Assembly: GCA_030390025.1 (NCBI GenBank)
Contig: CM059433.1
Location: forward strand, 4,030,001-4,094,000
DNA from: Squalus acanthias
Lineage: Eukaryota
Direction of reading: 5' to 3'
DNA: 64,000 nucleotides
Shown here: positions 50,271-63,385 of the stretch, one piece after another
How positions within the stretch are numbered: the stretch's first letter is position 1
Layout: every line of letters begins with the position of its first letter
The notes under the pieces: model-generated
Databases searched by the model: none
What the model saw: the letters and a program-made list of their open reading frames with translations, nothing else
Told to the model about the DNA's origin: nothing
Position numbers and translations under genes: made by a program

Positions 50271-50899
50271 TCTGCCTTCCTTCTTAAGGCTGTATCTCGG
50301 AGATTCATTTCTGTTTGTTTACATGTAAACAACCAACCAAAAAATACTTTTAATGAACTTTTGAATTTTAATTTCTGATTGTGGTACAAAAGAACATCCT
50401 GAACCCAATTCTGAAGAAGAAAAGCAAGTCAATCAATCAGTCAGCTGCATGGGATTTCTGGTAACAGTTATATAGCACTATTTGGTTAAAGAAACACATC
50501 TGTAACCATAATGACCTTTGAAAGAGTCCCCAGTTGTTATAATACAAGTAGTAAGGAGTTGTCTTTAAAGTGGCATGTTTGTGTGAACTTTATTTTCCAT
50601 TGTTTGATTTACTGGAAAAATCGGACTGTTTGCAAGGTGTTGGATAATGCTAGTCAGTGAAACTTGAATGATCTTAGCCTTTCACACACGCAGCATTCAG
50701 AAACCATTCCCGATTTTTGTCCTCATTATTTCCAATTTTTTCTCTTCACGTGTCTTTTTGTCTTTACATGGCTTCTTCAGTCTAGGTGACCGAAAGCAGC
50801 AAAACACTAATCCTTCCGTCAATGATTCTGTCAATCAACAGAAAACTGACTCACAATAGGGCGAGTCTGAAAAAAACAACTAGTGAGAGTCAGTAGCCT

Positions 50900-51350
50900 A
50901 GAAATTCCTGCCCACGTATGTCTTCCTGGCAGTGATGGAGTATCATTGCCCCCGCAGGTTCAGATTCAGGAAGGAGGTGGTTACAGAGCTGTGCCTCCAT
51001 CTGGGGGTTGGGACAGTACCGGAGGGACATCCTCAACTTTTATTCCTCTTGCTCCTTCCAGGCTATCCCAGGGGACATCCATATCAGATAGTTTGCTGCC
51101 CACAAAAGTATCAAACATTGGACCGATGCATTGTTCAGCAGGGACGACACTTTCAACTCCTTTCCCACTGAGACTGTCTAATTCCACCGCGTTGCTGGAT
51201 TTCTTAAAGTACAGGGGTTATTGATCGCCCCCATGTAGCCATCAAGGTTGCTGGGCACAACATCGTGGCCCACATGAACAGAAGGGATTCATTTCCATCA
51301 TTGTGGAGCTGGTCAGTGGCCATCGATAACATATCATACAGGCCAATGCC
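50900..51350 (+). pseudogene. Harbinger transposase remnant
   Basis: CPRRFRFRKEVVTELCLHL and GFLKVQG/VIDRPHVAIK..MNRR motifs. Confidence 0.65.
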
Positions 51351-51964
51351 TGCTTCCTATACAGCAATCACAAATGTTTCCAATCTGTTCCAAACGTATT
51401 TGAAATTGAAGGCAGAGTGGAAAGATACCTCTTCAAAGACCAATGTTAGGCTAACTCTTTAGGCCTGCAGCAACCACAGGGGGAAGCTGCAACAAAGGGC
51501 ACGATCTCACCAGCCCTGGGGAGGTGGGTTTGGAGGCGGGACTGCCGGGAAAATGGCAGAATCTGGGGGCGGGTACCCATCCCGCCCCCAACCCACCTCC
51601 ATGCCATCTTCCCGGGAGGCGGGTAGCCGACCCGCACCGGGTCGCATCTCCTGGAGGCGGGAAGGGGATTACAGCCACTTAACTGCCTGCTCAGAGGTAG
51701 TGATCAGGCAGTTAAGACGATTATCCCCATTTTGCCCACACAAGTGCGGGCTTCCCGAAGGCTGCGAACCCCGCCAGGGTCACCGAGGCGAGTAGTGGGT
51801 CTGCGGGGGTCGGAGGGGTGCAAAAGTGCGCTGTGAAGGTAAGTGATGGGTGCAAGTGTGGAGAGGTGAGTATGTGAGGTGAGTGGAAAGTGTTAGAAAA
51901 TGTTTACTTACCTTTTGTTTCTTCCTGCAGGCTTCAATCGTTGGGCTCCACTCCACGCCACACC

Positions 51965-52520
51965 GCTCCACTCCCACTCAGACCTCACCGTCCTCGGCCT
52001 CTTGCATTGTTCCACGGAAGCTCAGCGTAAGCTCGAGGAACAGCACCTCATCTTTCGATTAGGCACTTTACAGCCTTCTGGACTCAACATCGAGTTCAAC
52101 AATTTCAGATCATAACCTCGGCCCCTATCATATATATATTTTTTATCCACACCTTTTGTTTGTGTCTTTTTTTCTTCTCTCCCACATGGCAGCTGTCTTT
52201 CATTCTGCCAGCGCAATTCACACTTCATCTAGAGCCATCCTTTGTTTCTTAACCTGTCCCATTACCATCTCCTTTTGCCTTGAATATCTCTTAATGTCTC
52301 TTAACCTCTCCTGCCTTCTATCCTATCACAGACCTTCCCTTTTGTTCTTTCATCCCCTCCCCGCTTTCCCAGCCCCTACACTTGCTTAAAAATCTGTTCC
52401 ATTTCCTGCTTTTTTCCAGTTCTGATGAAAGGTCATCGACCTGAAACATTAACTCTGTTTCTCTCTTCACAGATGCTGCCTGACCTGCTGAGTGTCTCCA
52501 GCATTTTCTGTTTTTATTTC
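51965..52520 (+). mobile_element. PLE family B 3' fragment with hammerhead at 52418-52454 (stem III CG>CA)
   Basis: HSHSDLTVLGLLHC..RKLEEQHLIFRLGTLQPSGLNIEF; UTR matches 2732-3188. Confidence 0.85.
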
Positions 52521-53529
52521 AAGAGTTGGGGATGCAGAGAGTCTCGCACCTCCGCGGCAGAGATGGCAGATGGCTGCTGCATTCTCCAATGCAACAACCA
52601 TCTAATTTCTGCTAAAGAAAGAGGTTTGATGAGTCTTGAATTCAAGAACTCATCAAACTACAGAGAATGTCAGTGTTTGACAGTTTCACAGAGCTGTCAA
52701 ACGATGACAATTCATGTCAAAAATTTTTGACAGATGAAATGTCATACGCTGACGTTCTCTGTAACCGGCTTCCCCTTAATTGACCTGCTAAGCTCGCTGG
52801 GCAGGCTTAACAAGGTCAATCAAGGGAAAATAGCGTGGGTTGGCCAGTAGTCGATGGAGCCGGGACTAAAACCCGACAAGTGGGAGTCCCGCCTCCAAAA
52901 GCTCCCCATTGGCAAAATCCAGCCCCATGTGTACGCTATAGCCAGAACTATTCTTTAAAGAGGTCATGAGCATTTTCAAGGGTGTTTGTGTTTAGCTTCC
53001 TATGTGTAATAACTCATTTACCATTTTTTCCCTAAGTGATTCTCTGATGGGGGAAGTAAGTATTTTGGCTAGCTGAGGGTTTCACTGGCAGGTTAGAGGG
53101 ATTCTGGTGGCTCTCGGCCTCCCAAGGCTATCCATTAGTAAGGCACTGCTTGTGGGTCAGCAGCATCAGGATCTGTGGTAGCTGATTGGTGTTGCAGCTT
53201 TCAGCTGCCTTCTCCCATGCCTGGTACAGCAGGTGCAAGAGAGGACGTCAGTCCCTTTAAGTAGGTGCATTCTTTGTCTGAGTCTTTGAGAAGGGTTTTC
53301 AGCTGCTGGGCAGTCAAAGTGGCTTTTCTTAATCAGCGATTCCCATCTCTGCAGCAATATAGTAAGTGATTAGCTATTTTTGCTTTCCCAGTCCATCCTT
53401 CTCATTGGCTGAGTCACTGCGCGGAAGAAAATGCCCCGAGAGTAAACACAGGAAATTCTTGAGTAACCCTCCGGGAGTAAATTCCCACAGCACGTTTTAG
53501 TGGCCCAGTATGCCTGTGATTAACAGGCA

Positions 53530-53930
53530 CACAGTTCAGAGAAGGTTTACCAGACTAATACCTGGAATGGGTGGGTTGTCTTATGAGGAAAGGTTGGACA
53601 GGCTAGGATTGTATCCGCTGGAGTTTAGAAGAATAAGAGGTGACTGGATTGAAACATACAAGATCCTGAGGGGTCTGGACAGGGTGGATGTGGGGAGGAT
53701 GTTTCGCCCATTTAAGACAGAGATGAGGAGAATTTTTTTCTCACAGAGGGTCGTGAGTCTTTGGAACTCTCTTCCTCAGAGGGCGGTGGAAGCAGAGTCT
53801 TTGAATATTTTTAAGGCAGAGGTAGATAGATTCTTGGTAAGCAAGGGGGTGAAAGGTTATCGGGGGTAGGCGGGAATGTGGAGTAATCGGATCAGCCATG
53901 ATCTTATTGAATGGCGGAACAGGCTCGAGG
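53530..53930 (+). mobile_element. CR1 LINE 3' fragment
   Basis: ORF 53510..53869. Confidence 0.9.
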
Positions 53931-56732
53931 AAAAGACCACGAGGTAGAATTTTCCACAGGGGTTCTTCCGATCTCCCACCGTAACTTCAGCAGAAGATCC
54001 GCAGAAACCCTGGAGAAAGGACATCAATGTCTGTTTACAGCAGTTTTCCAGGGTTTCTGCTGAAGTTAAGGTAGACGCTCAGAAGAACCACCGCGGAAAT
54101 TCCTGCCGTATAATTTTACAAACCACTCGGTACATAATACAAAATTCACAAAGTCCCGTCAACAGAATTTGGCAGCCCCTCCCCGTGGGTTAAAGGTGTT
54201 TACCATTGAGCTCAGCAGTGACACAATACCTGACCAACCTTTGATCTCTTACAGCAATACATCTCTGACACAATTTGAACCACTGAACCCTTTTTCCATC
54301 ACTGACTGGAGTCATTTGCGTAATCATACCCTGGGCACACAACTACCGCATGTCAGAACTCTGCCTTCCGAGCGGAGCACAGGCTTTATTACTGTCGCTC
54401 CACAGACTTTGGAGTATGGCTGTTGGAAAACTGCCAACTTCACAGAGTCCCATTGTAGGTGTGTGCCGGTAAACATATGAGGAGTTTATTAGAATTAACA
54501 TCGGTTTGGTATGTTTACCTAGCAGTCTGGGTAGGTATTTGTTTGGATAGGAATCAATCTATTCAAAACTGACCAAAAGATTGTTGATTTTTGATAATAA
54601 AAAGCTTAAATAATCAATATAAAATGGTTTACCATTTTTTTAAAACTATTTTCCATGTAATGAACAGAGTTTATCACATTTGATTCATCAGCACACATAT
54701 ATCATCACATTGTTTCCATCTGTATAATGAAGAGTCTTGCATCTCGTGTGCGTCCATCGCATCGTTCCTTTCAAAGGCCTCACGCCAGAAGGTGACCTCA
54801 GGGGCACCACAACTCAAAAGTGTTTCACTTCAACACCTCAGGAAATCACATGTCTACAGGGCAAAACTTTGTGACTTGTTGGTTAAAATGATATCAGTTA
54901 AATTACTGATCAAATATCCGATTGACTGCATGTGAACAAATTAAGATCAATTTGATTCACTTCACAAGTATCAAAGAGGAAAGAGTGAGCTGCAGAAAGC
55001 TATCCATAAAGCTGTTTTTTAAGGCTTTATTGTTTATTGTGATCAAGGAATGAAAAGGTTTACTATGTAATTGATGAGTTGTATAAGTACTATTGTACTT
55101 GAATAAAAAGATTAATGACAAAAAAAAGGACAAAAAAAAGCTGCAGAAAACTGGGCAAAACGAGCAATCGCATTGCTTACTTTTTCCAAAGTTACCAATC
55201 CGGAACTGCTAAGTAGCAAAGACTGACCAATTAAATTGCTTAAATGATTTTGCAGACTGGGTTTGAGATGCCACCTCGATTTTTCCAGCTAACTAATGAT
55301 AAGTGATGTTCACGACATAAGAAAACCATCGAAACAATTCACAGTAAGACGCTGATCATTGCCCATAAAGCTCCAGATACAGTGTTGTCAATCCCGGGGA
55401 ACCGTTTTCTTGCCGAGGCCTACTCTTGTGTCAGACATTCTGAGTACTTGGTTGAAGCATCGGTTACTGAGTTGGCTTTATTTTTTTTTTAATAAATTGC
55501 AAACAGAAGATCAAATTTCTATTTTAAACCCGTGCTTCTGAATATTTGAATCCTCACTGTTAAATGTTCGTTTGAAAGAAGTCAAAGCAATGGGATGCTT
55601 ATTAAATTGTCAGCCAATGATGCTCATCCTTCAAAGTTCTCACAGTGAGTTGGCTTTATTGCCCGTGTTTTTTTCTCTGCTCGTGCCTTTGTGCGTCTTG
55701 ATTGGCTGCAGGTCATGTCAATCATTGCAAGCCACTCCGTAATATCATTAAGGCTCCCTCCTTCCTGACTCTAATGAACGCCCTGCATTTTGGTGCTGTG
55801 CGTGATTCTGTTATGACCTGACAGCTACACTGGCCAGCCACAAAGTGGTTTGAAAGCTCTGCCCCATCCTTCTCCTGTGCAAGATGGCAAAATACTAATA
55901 GCAGAGAGTCAGGAAGTCATTGTTATGGCTGTAAAGGTGTGAATTAATGTTATCTTTGTTTAAAATCATCAAAATAACATAAAGCGTGGACTTTTGAATT
56001 TCACCTAAAATTTGAGAGGAAGAATTATGTAAATAACTGTGCAGTGGGTTGTTTATTTAAGCAATTTATATTTATTAATTCAGCCACGGGTTTATTTACT
56101 GATCACACTCCCCTCGTCACTCTCCTTTCAGAGATAATCTGTTGCCAATGTGCGGGTCTGGCTTTAGGTGTCAGAGGCCCCGAGAGCACTTGCATTCACA
56201 AGAACATAAGAACATAAGACATTATATTCAAAACCATTTCAGCAGTTAATCACATTGCCACTTTGTCCTATTCCCTATACCTCCAATGGACAAAGGAATT
56301 AAACCCCGCTTCTCCTATTCATCAACACCCTCTCCGCTTTTGCAACAGAACATCCCACTGTGAGAAATATCATTGGAGGATCTGCTAGTGAACAATAAAA
56401 AATAGTTAAGGAATAAATATACCTAACGTAACTGGTGGGGCTGCATAGATGAATGGGCTCCGCGAATAGCCAGTGTAGTTGTCAATCATAAATTATTTCC
56501 TAATTTGCTGGACTATGATCCTGAAACAGGTGTAGACTGCCTCACTGTAAATATGAAAGAATATTTACCCATTTACTGCTAAAACATTAACTGAGTCACT
56601 CTGAAGCGAGGAAAAAGCAGCAGTGTGTAATCTTATTGAGATTCAACAACATAATATAGGAAACTATGAAAAGAGGAAGTGCCATTCTGTCCATTAAGGC
56701 CATTCTTTCTGCAGATCTTTTAAAATATAATT

Positions 56733-57517
56733 GGGCCTGAATTTGCGGTCGCAGGCTGGCGAATGCCTCCGAACCGCAATAAATCTACGCACCTACCCAA
56801 TGGTCCTGGATCCACGGAGACACGCACTCCTGGGCCTCTACACATTGGCCTGTGTAAAGGCCCACGTACCCGGGGGGGGGCGGTGCAGGCGGTTCACAAG
56901 TGCCCCTGGGATCACGTGGGCCGGCCCAACCAATCAGAAACGGGATTCCCATTTCCAGTTCTGACGAAGGGTCATCGACCTGAAACGTTAACTCTGATTC
57001 TCTCTTCACAGAAGCTGCCTGACCTGCTGAGTATCTCCAGCATTTTCTGTTTTTAGTTCAGATTTTCAGCATCTGCAGTATTTTCTTTTTGTATTCCCAT
57101 TATGCTTATGGGGATTCCATTAAGTACAGAATCCTCATGAGCTTAATAGGAATCACATAAAAAATACATGTACACAACACTGAAATTTAAAAAATCATTA
57201 CATGTTTAAAATTAATTAAAATATAACTTAATTAAACATTTAAAAGGAAAATTTTATTTTTTGAAAAATAAATTTAAACTTTTTCAAGGGGTCAAAAATA
57301 ACACAAACTTAATTTACAGGTTTTTGAATGTTAAAATGATTTTTTTTAATTTATTTTAATATTTATTTTCACCCTTACACTGGCAAAAGAAGGCCCCACG
57401 CCTGCTTTTACCGGGCGTAAGTGTTTCATAGGCATTCGCTGGGCAAATAGCCCGACTCTCCACCAGCGGGTGTCCATTTCCAGCACAAACGGTCATAGGC
57501 CCCAGAAATTCCAGCCC
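56733..57517. mobile_element. Harbinger-type MITE (relative of 16828-17576)
   Basis: TIRs GGGCCTGAATTT / AAATTCCAGCCC; shared interior. Confidence 0.65.
56954..57092 (+). mobile_element. PLE family B insertion consisting of hammerhead (56957-56993) + tail
   Basis: 9-bp TSD ATTCCCATT at 56945-56953 and 57093-57101; intact hammerhead core. Confidence 0.82.
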
Positions 57518-57547
57518 AATATACCAGGAGCTTTATCCAAGTTACTT

Positions 57548-57960
57548 GGCTAGGCTTGGCTTGTATTCCCTTGAGTTTAGAAGATTGAGGGGTGATCTAA
57601 ATGAGGTGTTTAAGATGATTAAAGGATTCGATGGGGTAGATAGAGAGAAACTATTTCCTCTGGTGGGGGAGTCCAGAACAAGTGGGCAAAACCTTAAAAT
57701 TAGAGCTAGGCCATTCAGGGATGATGTCAGGAAGCATTTCTTCACATAAAGGGTGGTGGAAATCTGGAACTCTCTCCCCCAAAAAGCTGTTGAGGTTAGG
57801 TCAATTGAAAATTTCAAAACTGAGATTGATAGATTTTTGTTAGGCAAGAGTATTAAGGGGATATGTAACTAGATGGAGTTAAGGTACAGATCAGCCATGA
57901 TCTAATTGAATGGCGGAACAGGCTCGAGGGGCTGAATGGCTTCCTCCTGTTCCTATGTTA
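57548..57960 (+). mobile_element. CR1 LINE 3' fragment
   Basis: ORF 57546..57749. Confidence 0.88.
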
Positions 57961-58019
57961 CTTCATCTCGTGAGAGTGGTGAATAACTACAGATAAAGCT
58001 TCCGAGATGTTCCAGCTAT

Positions 58020-58200
58020 ATGAATTTTTCCTTGGTAGTGATCAGGAGTAAGAACCCAGGTGCCTCGAGGTCAATTGTAGAGCTCCGATCGCCACCCAGC
58101 TAATTTAGACAACTGAGCACACACTGGGTTTGTGACCCGGGATCTCCCTGCTCTGTAGCACTCAACTCCTCGCTAGCTTTCCCGACTGCCACCAGGGAGC
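58020..58200 (-). mobile_element. Degenerate AmnSINE2-like copy
   Basis: Weak similarity to 4432-4640. Confidence 0.4.
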
Positions 58201-59044
58201 AACATTTTTCACTTTCCATGAAAAGTAAGAAAAATAAGCCATAGTTTTATTCCAAATGTTTGGTCTAAGTGTAAGAAATGATCTGTTGTCGTGTCCTTAT
58301 TTCAGAAGCAAAGAAGACAGAGTTTTCAGAGTAAGCTGTTCCAAGAATGTAGCCTGCCCCAAAATGGCCCAATGTCAGGTGGCCAACCGCTCTGTATCAC
58401 CAACTCATTGGCATGTACAATGTCGCTACACACAGCAGCCAGAGCAGTTCTTCCTCCATGGTGGCTAGTCACCTTGAAACAGACAAATCACGTGAGTACC
58501 TCCGCGATGATGAAGGCCGTTTCTGTTTCCGTGAAACGTGCTTTTCCTGTTTGCGCAGTCGTGGTTCACAAGTTTCCAATCAGCACATCTGGATTACTGG
58601 ATGAGCTGTGTGCTGTAGGGATAAAGAGACTCACTTCCTGCCGGCTAAAGCGTTAAAGTGCGATTATCATGGTTGAGCTCTGACTTGGTGGCTTAACTTT
58701 CAAAAGGGTGGATATCACTTTACTTTGAACCATATATTTTAACCTGAATGATGCAATTCCTCTATTAATGGCTGTAACCAACAACACCCAGAGATATTGT
58801 GTACACAGTTTTCACTGAGACATTTGGCACTTAAATTCTTGTACTTATATCAGTCACTTCTAAGATCTGAGAAACTTCAAATTTGACAATGTGTATTCGA
58901 AGTGAAACAACTGAACATTTTTTTTAGTTTTATTAACATTTCTGAAGGGTTCAAACGTCTATGAACCGAACGATTTTCTTTGTAATTTGGAAGGTGACTC
59001 CCGACCTTTGCATTACATTTTCCAAATCAAATGTACCGATCTAA

Positions 59045-59488
59045 GAGAGATTGAGTAGGCTAGGCCTATATTCCCTAGAGTTTAGAAGGAGAGGTGATCT
59101 CATTGAAACATACAAAATTCTTACAGGGCTTGACAGGGTAGATGCAGGGAGGATGTTTTCCCTGGCTGGGGAGTCTAGAACCAGGGGTCACAGTCTCAGA
59201 ATAAGGGGTCGGCCATTTAGGACTGAGATGAGGAGAAATTTCTTCACTCAGAGGGTGGTGAATCTTTGGAATTCACTATCCCAGAGGGCTGTGGAGGCTC
59301 AGTCGTTGAGTATATTCAAGACAGAGATCGATAGATTTTTGGATATTAAGGGAATCAAGGGATATGGGGATAGTGCAGGAAGGTGGAGATGAGGTAGAAG
59401 ATCAGCCATGATCTTATTGAATGGCGGAGCAGGCTCGAGGGGCCGAATGGCCCACTCCTGCTCCTATTTCTTATGTTCTTACGTTCTA
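59045..59488 (+). mobile_element. CR1 LINE 3' fragment
   Basis: ORF 59051..59392. Confidence 0.92.
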
Positions 59489-59971
59489 AGTCAAATTAAT
59501 TTGACATTTTTATTAGTGTTCATAACAGGCAACATTAAAATAATTCACTTGTCTGTTGGAAATTAACCACGGCAACATTTTTCAACAGAGCAGAATCGTC
59601 CACCCATCAGTTAATTCACCATCAGAATTTATTGGAATTTGAATTTTGGCCAAATTCATAGTAATTTCTATTGTCCACTCCGTGTTAAAATGGTAGAAGA
59701 ATATTTCTAAGCAGTCACGGATTCCAACAGTTAAACCAATAATTAGTGTAGTTGAGACACAATCCACAAGCCCACTATGACTTTAGGGATCAGGATAGCT
59801 GCTGTGTTTGAGAAGGAGCAGGGCGTCTAACTCATTTATAGATGAAGTAGGTGGAAGAATGAATACCCAAGTCTTGGAATATCCGAAAACACAATGTGAG
59901 GATGTGTGGGCTCAGTAGGGAGATCATCGTGGAGATAGGCTCACCCTTCAATGATCCATGTGGTTTGCATT

Positions 59972-60268
59972 AAAAAGAAAGAAAGACTTGCATTTCTATA
60001 GCGCCTTTCACGACCACCAGACATCTCAAAGCGCTTTACAGCCAATGAAGTACTTTTGAAGTGGAGTCATTGTTGTAATGTGGGAAACACGGCAGCCAAT
60101 TTGCGCACAGCAAGCTCCCACAAACAGCAATGTGATCATGACCAGATAATCTGTTTTTGTTATGTTGGTTGAGGGATGAATATTGGCCCCAGGACACAGG
60201 GGATAACTCCCCCTGCTCTTCTTCGAAATAGTGCTGCGGGATCTTTTACGTCCACCTGAGAGGGCAGA
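59972..60268 (-). mobile_element. DeuSINE-type SINE 3' half
   Basis: Matches other copies in the window. Confidence 0.78.
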
Positions 60269-60665
60269 TGATGGGATTCCATTCCCTGGACTTGCAAATT
60301 CTGAAAGCTGTACAGAACATCATAATGTTGATTGCTGGCAAATTTCCCAGGACCCATGGATCATCCTGCAAAATTCTTGTGTCCCAGCAATATTTGAGGA
60401 GAATAACAGATTTGGATGGCATACACTAAAGCTCAGCACGGTCCATAAAACCACATTCCAAAAACAACATGCATTTGGAAATATAGAAAAAGTGATAGAG
60501 ATGCTTAGGCATATGTTGTGTTGTCTTACAGTATTGTCCCAGTGTAGTCTGCAAGATCTTATTGCAGTTGCCTTTTGCATAACCTGATTTTAAGGAGTGT
60601 ACATATTCAGATCAATGAGGAGTGATGCATGTTTTGTAATACGAGGAGGAGTTACAAGTAGCATC

Positions 60666-60797
60666 ACCAGGGAGTGAAGACCCACCAGGGAGTGAAGACC
60701 CCCCCCAGGGAGTGAAGACCCCCCCAGGGAGTGAAGACCCCCCAGGGAGTGAAGACCCCCCCCAGGGTGTGAGGACCCCCCAGGGAGTGAAGACCCA
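60666..60797. repeat. ~18-21-bp tandem repeat (CCAGGGAGTGAAGACCC), ~7 copies
   Basis: Directly visible, variable C-run. Confidence 0.92.
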
Positions 60798-63049
60798 GAA
60801 ATGGCCAGAGATGTCAGGAATCATCTCAGCATGAACATTTGAAATATTTTCAACGCATTTACAAATAACATTTAATGATTTTATTTCTAATTACTAAGCT
60901 TTTAAAACTGTTTTTCAGTATATAGTGTTTAGAATAGTGCTGTATAAAATAACCATATTATTTTATTATCCTTATCCTATCAACATTAACACAATGTTCC
61001 AATTACCCTTATGCCTTTGTTCTTCATTGGCACATGCTCATTGCCTACAGCATATTTTTGACTTCCATTGGGAGTGTCTGACAGCTTTCATTCAAGTTAC
61101 ATAAAACAAAGTATGAATTCATTTCCTGAAAATAAATGTAGTCATAGCAACTGAGCAGAATTTTCTGGTCAGCTGTGAGCATTGAAATTAAAACAAGTTT
61201 GACGAGCTCCAGCATACAGCATGGGCTTGCCCCTCAGAATCCTATTGGCTGCTTCCCTCACCAATCTCTTTCTATCTCTCTCCACGCAACAGTAATCCTG
61301 TCCACTCGCTTCCTCATACATGTGACTTCAACCCCTTCTCTGTTGCCATGGTACTAACTAAAAATGAATTTTACACACAATCAGATTATCAGCGCAGACA
61401 TATGTGCCACTGACTAGCTGCCAATATTACACTGCCTTAGCGACAGCCACTGCCGCCACCAGTAATGTTAAAATATAAATTAAATGTTGATCTTTATTTC
61501 AGATATGTGAGAAATGATTGGGAGCCACCAAAATAGACACCAGCCTCTTATTTAACAATACCCGCACTGAGCTCAGTTTTCAAACCAACTCTTCACTTGA
61601 TAAATATGATTCAGTGCTACGATAGATAACAGCAGTTGAAAGACAGATGGACCCGGATAGCTTAATATTAATTCCACATTTACTAAGAAAATGCAAATCT
61701 CATTTGAAATATACATTGAATTAAACAAACACTCCATTCTTTCATAGTAGAACGCCATGTAAATGGTCATTTTTAGCAGTAGTTCATTTCACAATACTAC
61801 AGTTAAGATGATTTAGGTTAACAAGGCAGAGAGTAGCATTTTATCCTCATCGGGTTGCTCTTAAATAGCGGTGTTAACACAAAGGAAGTAATTTTATGAC
61901 TTTGCACTTCTGGCAGGGAGCCTATCACGCTGAGAGTTCATATCAGAAATCCCAGCATATGCTGTGCACAATTCTCCAGTCATTATTTTAAACGGTTGGC
62001 AAATTGTGCGCAGACTCGCCCGAGTTCTGATATGTGCTCTCAGCGAGAGGGCAAAGTCAGAAAAGGACCCCGATTGTATTGCACTAACACGTTGTAAGCC
62101 TTGTTCTATTTCCACCCCTCCCCCTCAGGAGAAGCTCTATGGGATTTCCACATCACAGCACTAAGGAGGGGAGAGGGACCTGCAAGTATCTATTAATGTG
62201 GCATAACAGGCACCACTGTTGATGCAATAGCAATAACGGCACCATCTTAGAGGTTGCATGGCCATATCGCTGTGTTCCCATCTCCAGATTCAGCCCCTGC
62301 AAATTAATCACAGTATCACCACCCGCCGCCTTGTCTGGCCAGGGGTCTCAAACGCCACTTAGGCTGTTATATTTGGAGAAGGGCAAAGCGAACATTATAC
62401 TACCGAGACAACCAGCATCGGGCCCACTTTGCATATTTAAGCCGCCTTATGCCTGTTCCAGACCAGCAGCCTATTTACAGGCCTGACTGAATGTTGCATC
62501 AGGCAGGCCTTGGTCATCAAAGGGGCAGCTGAGAACCCCCCCTCTCCGTGCCCCCCCCCCACTCAATTTTCAACCGCTGGCCGCCTGTTTTGCATGTGTT
62601 GAATTTCTTCCCCCCAGGCGTAAGCATTCTTGATCATTTTTCACAATTGCTCATGCATTCAGCGGAACTAATGACATTATATCTGACTTTGTGTTGGATC
62701 AGTGGTGAGTTTAAAGATTAATCTAAGAAAATTCTGAAATAGTTTTGACTTCGAAGGGTGGAGATGAAAAGAATAATTATGAATGCTGCGCCCTCAAATA
62801 AATCGGAAAATGCTGGCGATGCACGAGGAGATCTGTACCTATCTCCTTAAACTCCTCCACTTTCAAACCTCTTCCCCCACCTCTTTGCTCGTGCCTCTGT
62901 TCAGCTCTCCCAATTCTTCTGCTTCTTGTGCTGGGCATTTATCTCTCCTCTGTACAGTACTTTGGGGGTTCATTACGTTAAAAGCACTACAGAAATTCAG
63001 CCCTCTTTCAGTTAACGTTACTGCTTGAATTTGGAATAATTTCCACTTC

Positions 63050-63385
63050 GAGCACCCAGTGTCAGGAACAAGCACTCCCAGGTCAGGTATAACATAGTTA
63101 GAAACACTGGCTCAACAATGTGCCTCGACCCCAAACTTAGAAGGGCATCAATGTGACAATTTCCATGCCAGCCATTCAGTAATCTCTCGGAGCAAGATTC
63201 TCAATTTAGTGCTGTATTAAGGGCATGTTTTTGTCCTGTGGTCCCATGCCCACTAAGGACTGGACTGAGGCTGCCCAAACTCATTCCATACAGGATGCTT
63301 ACAGCCAATAGACGGCGGAGACTTTCATTCCATTTGTCTGGGCTGCATTTGAACCCAGTTCCCAGAGGCGAAAGGCCACTGGCGA
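63050..63385 (-). mobile_element. LF-SINE-like ancient SINE
   Basis: Reverse complement ggttcaaatgcagcccag..aatgagtttgg..ctcagtccagtccttagtgg..gaggcacattg resembles the recalled LF-SINE consensus. Confidence 0.55.

Noticed and set aside
60666..60797. CRISPR-like repeat
   Set aside because: No unique spacers, eukaryotic context, no cas genes
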